Shown: piece by piece, positions 6,136 to 9,772 of the stretch
How positions within the stretch are numbered: the first letter of the stretch is position 1
How the letters are laid out: every line of letters begins with the position of its first letter
Sequence record: OY723325.1
DNA length: 9,772 nucleotides
Direction: 5' to 3' (one strand)
Notes under the pieces: model-generated
Databases searched by the model: none
The model's input: only the letters and a program-made list of their open reading frames with translations
Told to the model about the DNA's origin: nothing
Program-made: the position numbers and the translations under genes

Positions 6136-6157
6136 CAAATGGGTCGGAATGGGTACC

Positions 6158-6289
6158 TAATGACAGGATATGGCATACGGGATACCTGAGGAGATCACCT
6201 CCACAGGGAATGTCCCTCCGTGCGTCCTGGGCTACCGAGAGGCCTACGGGGAGTATCCCCATATCCTCTGAGAGCCATTATGACCATTA
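6158..6289 (+). repeat. Core element C5 (type I)
   Basis: Identical to C1 except g6224 (patch tgtccctccgtgcgtcctgg). Confidence 0.9.
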
Positions 6290-6682
6290 CGAGCATCCCG
6301 GAGAGCATATCTGAGGACCTGAAATCCATGGTTTTGGGGTCTAAAATGATGATTTTAGAGGTCTCAAAATGATGGATTTGGGGTCTGGAATCATGAGATC
6401 CGGGGGTCTGGGGATGCCATGGGTATGGGATCCAGGGATGCAGGGATCCGGAGACCATGAGGGCATACAGACCATATGCACTACATACCATGGTGTGTGT
6501 AGTAGGGATACAGACCACTATGGATACCATCACCATTAGATACATACTATGAGACCATATGCTGTGGGTATCGGATTAGGGGTCTGGGGATGTGCAGATC
6601 TGGAGACCATGAGCGGATCCGGAGACCATCAGATCATGAGATATGGGGTCCGGGGATGCTCGCGATGTATCTGAGGACCTGT

Positions 6683-6706
6683 GCAGATAGGTATGCAGAT
6701 AGGTAT
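6683..6706 (+). repeat. 12-bp minisatellite (gcagataggtat) x2
   Basis: Two perfect units. The allele-like partner is the 4-unit array at 1526-1573. Confidence 0.95.
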
Positions 6707-7112
6707 AGGCATTAGGTACTAAGGACTCGCAGAGAGGTACTGAGGACATGCACAGAGGACATGGCACAGAGGATACGGGCATACAGACCATGCAGATAGG
6801 TACTGAGGACTCGCAGACCATAGGTATTAGGTATCTGAGGACACGGATGCCATGATCTGAGGACCCCAAGACCTCCAGAAATGGGGTATCTGAGGTATCC
6901 CGAGACCTCCCAAAATGGGTGTTTTGGACCCTAAATCACTCGTTTTGGGACCCTTTCTGGGTGCTCCCAGACCCCTCCCCAATGCCATCCCTAAGGTGCT
7001 CCTAAGGGATTCGGGCCCGTACCCCTCAGATAGGGTATCCCAGAGGGTGTCGGATTGGGGGTCTGGAGGTGCTCGGAACCCCTAAATTGTGTGCCCTTAG
7101 TGTATAGTAACA

Positions 7113-7128
7113 CGCGCGCGCGCGCGCG
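7113..7128. repeat. (CG)8 microsatellite
   Basis: Same tract and flanks as 1981-1996. Confidence 0.95.
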
Positions 7129-7968
7129 AAGGGCGGATCCGAGTCAGGCAGAAAACGAATGCATCATTTTGGACCCTTTTGGAGACATTAGGGGTCTTAA
7201 TGTGCACTTTCGCGACCCCAAAAGGCCCAAAAGTGCCTAAAATGGGTCATTTTATGCCCTTTTCGGATGCACACAATGGGAATGCCATCGCCGGAGACCA
7301 TATTCCTTACAGTGACCTTAGGAATATGAGTACGCGAAATCGGGGCAATTATGCCATTTACGGGTACCCCTAAAATGAGCACTTTTGGACCCCTTTTGGC
7401 ACCCCTTGGATCCCTTAGTGTACTGGTGGCATGTGCATATCCCCTGATGCCTCTTTATCGAGGGAATGGGGATACCTGCATACCATACAGTATCTGTGTT
7501 ACTAGTGGGTATCGGCACACCTCCCAAAACATGTCATTTCGTGACATGATCTAGTCGAGATGAGCGAATCCACTACTATTGCATATCATGGTGTAATGAG
7601 CTATACAGAGTACTACAGGTATTGGGGGTATCCCTAATGGCAGCATATGCCCCATTAGAGGTATGCACCATATCCCCTAGTATCCCTTACAGCACATACC
7701 ATGTACAGGTACTCATTAGTAGTATAGAATGTGTATGTCATGACACCAAAACACATGTTTCGAGACATCTGAACACATGGTTTGCACGTATGATCATATA
7801 CAGTATCTAGTGATATACAGGATACTAGTAGTATGCACGGATGGTATGAGGGGTACGGGATACCCCTACATCATAGCCTAACAGCATACACTACGAGTAC
7901 TATGTATACCATGGATACTACATGTATACTACTACGGGTAGGTACTCATGAGCAGTATCATCATGTAA

Positions 7969-7990
7969 ACACATGATTTGATGACATGAA
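7969..7990 (+). repeat. H motif copy 12 (spacer plus second half-site only)
   Basis: catgtaa|acacatgatttgatgacatgaa. The first half-site (ttgcatgcatttgatgacatgaa) is missing, which is the reciprocal of copy 4. Confidence 0.85.
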
Positions 7991-8176
7991 TGTATACATC
8001 ATGAGTAGGTATACACATCTAATACCACTAGTACAACAGCATACACACCATTAGTACCATGTATCCTATGGTATACAGTACATGGGGAGTACGGGTACCA
8101 TTACACCATGCAGAGGTGTATGGAGTACTATATGGTATATAGGGAGTATCCAGTAGACACCAGATATCATGTACTT

Positions 8177-8212
8177 GCATGCATTTGATGACATGAAACA
8201 CATGATTCGATG
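8177..8212 (+). repeat. H motif copy 13 (variant second half gattcgatg)
   Basis: gcatgcatttgatgacatgaaacacatgattcgatg. Confidence 0.85.
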
Positions 8213-8565
8213 TGCTCATTAACAGTATGCATACACACTAAGTACTCAGTATACACCATTACTAGTACTATGTACAGTATAGGGGATACCTGCAGTATAT
8301 ACCCCATGTACTAGTGGACCCCATATCCCTCAAGGGAACTGGATGAAGGTCCAACTTGCAGAGCATGTGGTGTCTACATGTACTCATTAGCAGTATGCAT
8401 ACACATCTAATACCACTAGTACTACACCATGTACACCATTAGTACCATGTATACAGTAGTATACAGTACATGGGGCATACAGGTACATACCACCATTACA
8501 GAGGTGTATGGAGTACTATATGTATCTATGAGGGTATCCAGTAGTCACCAGATATCATGGTATTG

Positions 8566-8602
8566 GCATGCATTTGATGACATGAAAACACATGATTCGA
8601 TG
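8566..8602 (+). repeat. H motif copy 14 (variant second half gattcgatg)
   Basis: gcatgcatttgatgacatgaaaacacatgattcgatg. Confidence 0.85.
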
Positions 8603-8630
8603 TGCTCATTAGTAGTATGTATACACATAT

Positions 8631-8821
8631 AGTATCTAGTGATACACAGGATACTAGTAGTATGCACGGAGGGTATGAGGGATGCAGGATACCCCTATAC
8701 CATAGCCTAACAGCATACACTACGAGTACCATGTATACCATGGATACCACATGTATACTACTACGAGTAGGTACTCATGAGTAGTATCATCATGTAATTG
8801 CATGCATTTGATGACATGAAA
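8631..8821 (+). repeat. Third, more diverged copy of the 3' tail of segment A (2669-2859 / 7802-7968)
   Basis: Ungapped at offset +5962 from 2669, with about a dozen substitutions seen (roughly 93% identity by eye). Confidence 0.8.
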
Positions 8822-8836
8822 ACACATGATTTGATG
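8800..8836 (+). repeat. H motif copy 15
   Basis: Identical to 314-350. Confidence 0.9.
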
Positions 8837-8972
8837 TACTCAGATTACATGATTATGGTGATATCCAGTACATCACCAGATCCCTTAGAGACCATGGGGA
8901 TCACTACATATGCTATAAGGAGTACACATGCTCTGCATGGTACCTATATCATAGGGTAGGGGTATCCCTCAT

Positions 8973-9000
8973 GATACCTATGGAGACCATATCCTCTAGA
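8973..9000 (+). repeat. Collapsed core element
   Basis: Identical to 487-514. Confidence 0.6.
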
Positions 9001-9030
9001 TACATGGTATGTGCTCAGAGGATGGTGCCA

Positions 9031-9301
9031 TGGTATGAGGTCCCCAAAAGGGTCTAAATACATGATTTAGGGGTCTAAAATGACCACTTTTGGCACCTTT
9101 CTGGAGGTACCAAAACGGGTGATTCAATCCCCCAAAAGGGGTCCGCAAATCAAGCCCAGAAATGGTCATAAAAAGGGCTCGTGGGGGTACCCCCATGAGC
9201 ACTTTTGGGACCCTAAAATGGGTGATTTAGACCCCTAAAATGGTGTATTTAGACCCTTTCGGAGGGGTACAGGCAACGAGTACTACTAGACACATACCAG
9301 C
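9031..9301 (+). repeat. P block copy 3
   Basis: Identical by eye to 545-815 (offset +8486). Confidence 0.9.
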
Positions 9302-9424
9302 AGACCATGTATCCTATGGTATATAGGACATGGGGGCTACGGGTACCATTACACCATTACGGGAGTATATGGAGTACTATGGGTATCTAGAGGAGTCCCT
9401 GTAACACCAGATATCATGGTATTG

Positions 9425-9469
9425 GCATGCATTTGATGACATGAAAACACATGATTTGATGACATGAAA
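9425..9469 (+). repeat. H motif copy 16 (full); site of the paralogue switch
   Basis: Upstream sequence matches copy 1 (311-960). From the 4-a spacer onward it matches copy 2 (4654 onward). Confidence 0.85.
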
Positions 9470-9487
9470 TGAGTAGGTATACACATC

Positions 9488-9619
9488 TAATGACAGGATA
9501 TGGCATACGGGATACCTGAGGAGACCACCTCCACAGGGAATGTCCCTCTGTGCATACCAGGCTACCGAGAGGCCTACGGGGAGTATCCCCATACCTCTAA
9601 GGAGCCATTATGGCCATTA
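9488..9619 (+). repeat. Core element C6 (type II arms, chimeric central patch)
   Basis: Arms identical to C3. Patch tgtccctctgtgcataccag resembles type I for its first 15 nt. Confidence 0.9.
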
Positions 9620-9664
9620 GGGAGTATCCAGCACATCATTAGATACACGGAATATCATGTAATT

Positions 9665-9708
9665 GCATAGATTTGATGACATGAAATCATGTGTTTTGAT
9701 GACATGAA
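9665..9708 (+). repeat. H motif copy 17 (14-bp spacer inverted, 9684-9697)
   Basis: Identical to 4875-4918 (offset +4790). Confidence 0.9.
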
Positions 9709-9772
9709 GTACTCATTATGAGTAGGTATACACATCTAATACCACTAGTACAACACCATACACACCATTAGT

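Larger units (their letters stand above)
6138..7968 (+). repeat. Segment A, copy 2
   Basis: See 981-2835. It is 24 bp shorter (minisatellite 2 vs 4 units). Homopolymer differences: c3 at 6909-6911 vs c4 at 1776-1779, and t4 at 7167-7170 vs t3 at 2035-2037. Confidence 0.95.
7969..8630 (+). repeat. S-family monomer array (about 3 monomers, one strongly diverged at about 8213-8443)
   Basis: Monomer starts at 8056 and 8444, with H copies 12-14. 8300-8360 (ccctcaagggaactggatgaaggtccaacttgcagag) is a distant relative of 219-254 (ccgtacaaggggaaccataaggatccgcccttgcagg). Confidence 0.75.
8797..9772 (+). repeat. ~1285-bp higher-order unit, continued across the window end by 1-331
   Basis: 8797-9446 is identical to 311-960. 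9444-9772 matches 4654-4982 apart from the core patch and one other mismatch. Confidence 0.92.

Noticed and set aside
122-9708. CRISPR-like regular recurrence of the H motif
   Set aside because: Spacing is 190-240 bp or more, not 25-40-bp spacers. The intervening sequences are themselves repeats. The motif is bipartite and degenerate, and there is no leader or cas context.
1-9772. A novel prokaryotic defence or other multi-gene system
   Set aside because: There are no genes to build one from. The window has no operon-like ORF series, no ribosome-binding-site/ORF structure and no recognisable enzymatic domains. Any novelty here lies in the repeat architecture, not in an encoded system.

Overview
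Non-coding, strictly co-oriented repeat mosaic. I see no credible protein gene, tRNA, functional rRNA, CRISPR array or mobile-element gene in the 9772 bp. The longest ORF is 145 aa, and ORFs are broken by 1-bp indels between >99% identical copies. Components: (i) a ~190-240-bp satellite-like family (S and S' monomers), each monomer carrying a bipartite H motif (gcatgc-ATTTGATGACATGAAA-acacatg-ATTTGATGACATGAA; 17 copies); (ii) a 132-bp core element (6 long and 4 collapsed copies) whose sequence is colinear with pieces of vertebrate-type 5S rRNA; (iii) three copies of a ~270-bp P block made of degenerate 21-23-bp units; (iv) two copies of a 1.86-kb segment A (>99.7% identical by eye); (v) two islands with no close paralogue in the window (about 3340-4019 and 5541-6135). 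At the largest scale the window is two diverged superunits (1-4982 and 4983-9772). Base 9772 abuts base 1 exactly as 4982 abuts 4983, so the record behaves like a circle or a slice of a head-to-tail higher-order array. Every structural breakpoint I could localise lies in an H motif or a P-type motif. Best reading: eukaryote-style satellite or higher-order repeat DNA, or a repeat-only circular or assembly product, not a prokaryotic gene neighbourhood. Taxon cannot be determined from the sequence. All identities and boundaries were judged by eye (+/- a few bp).
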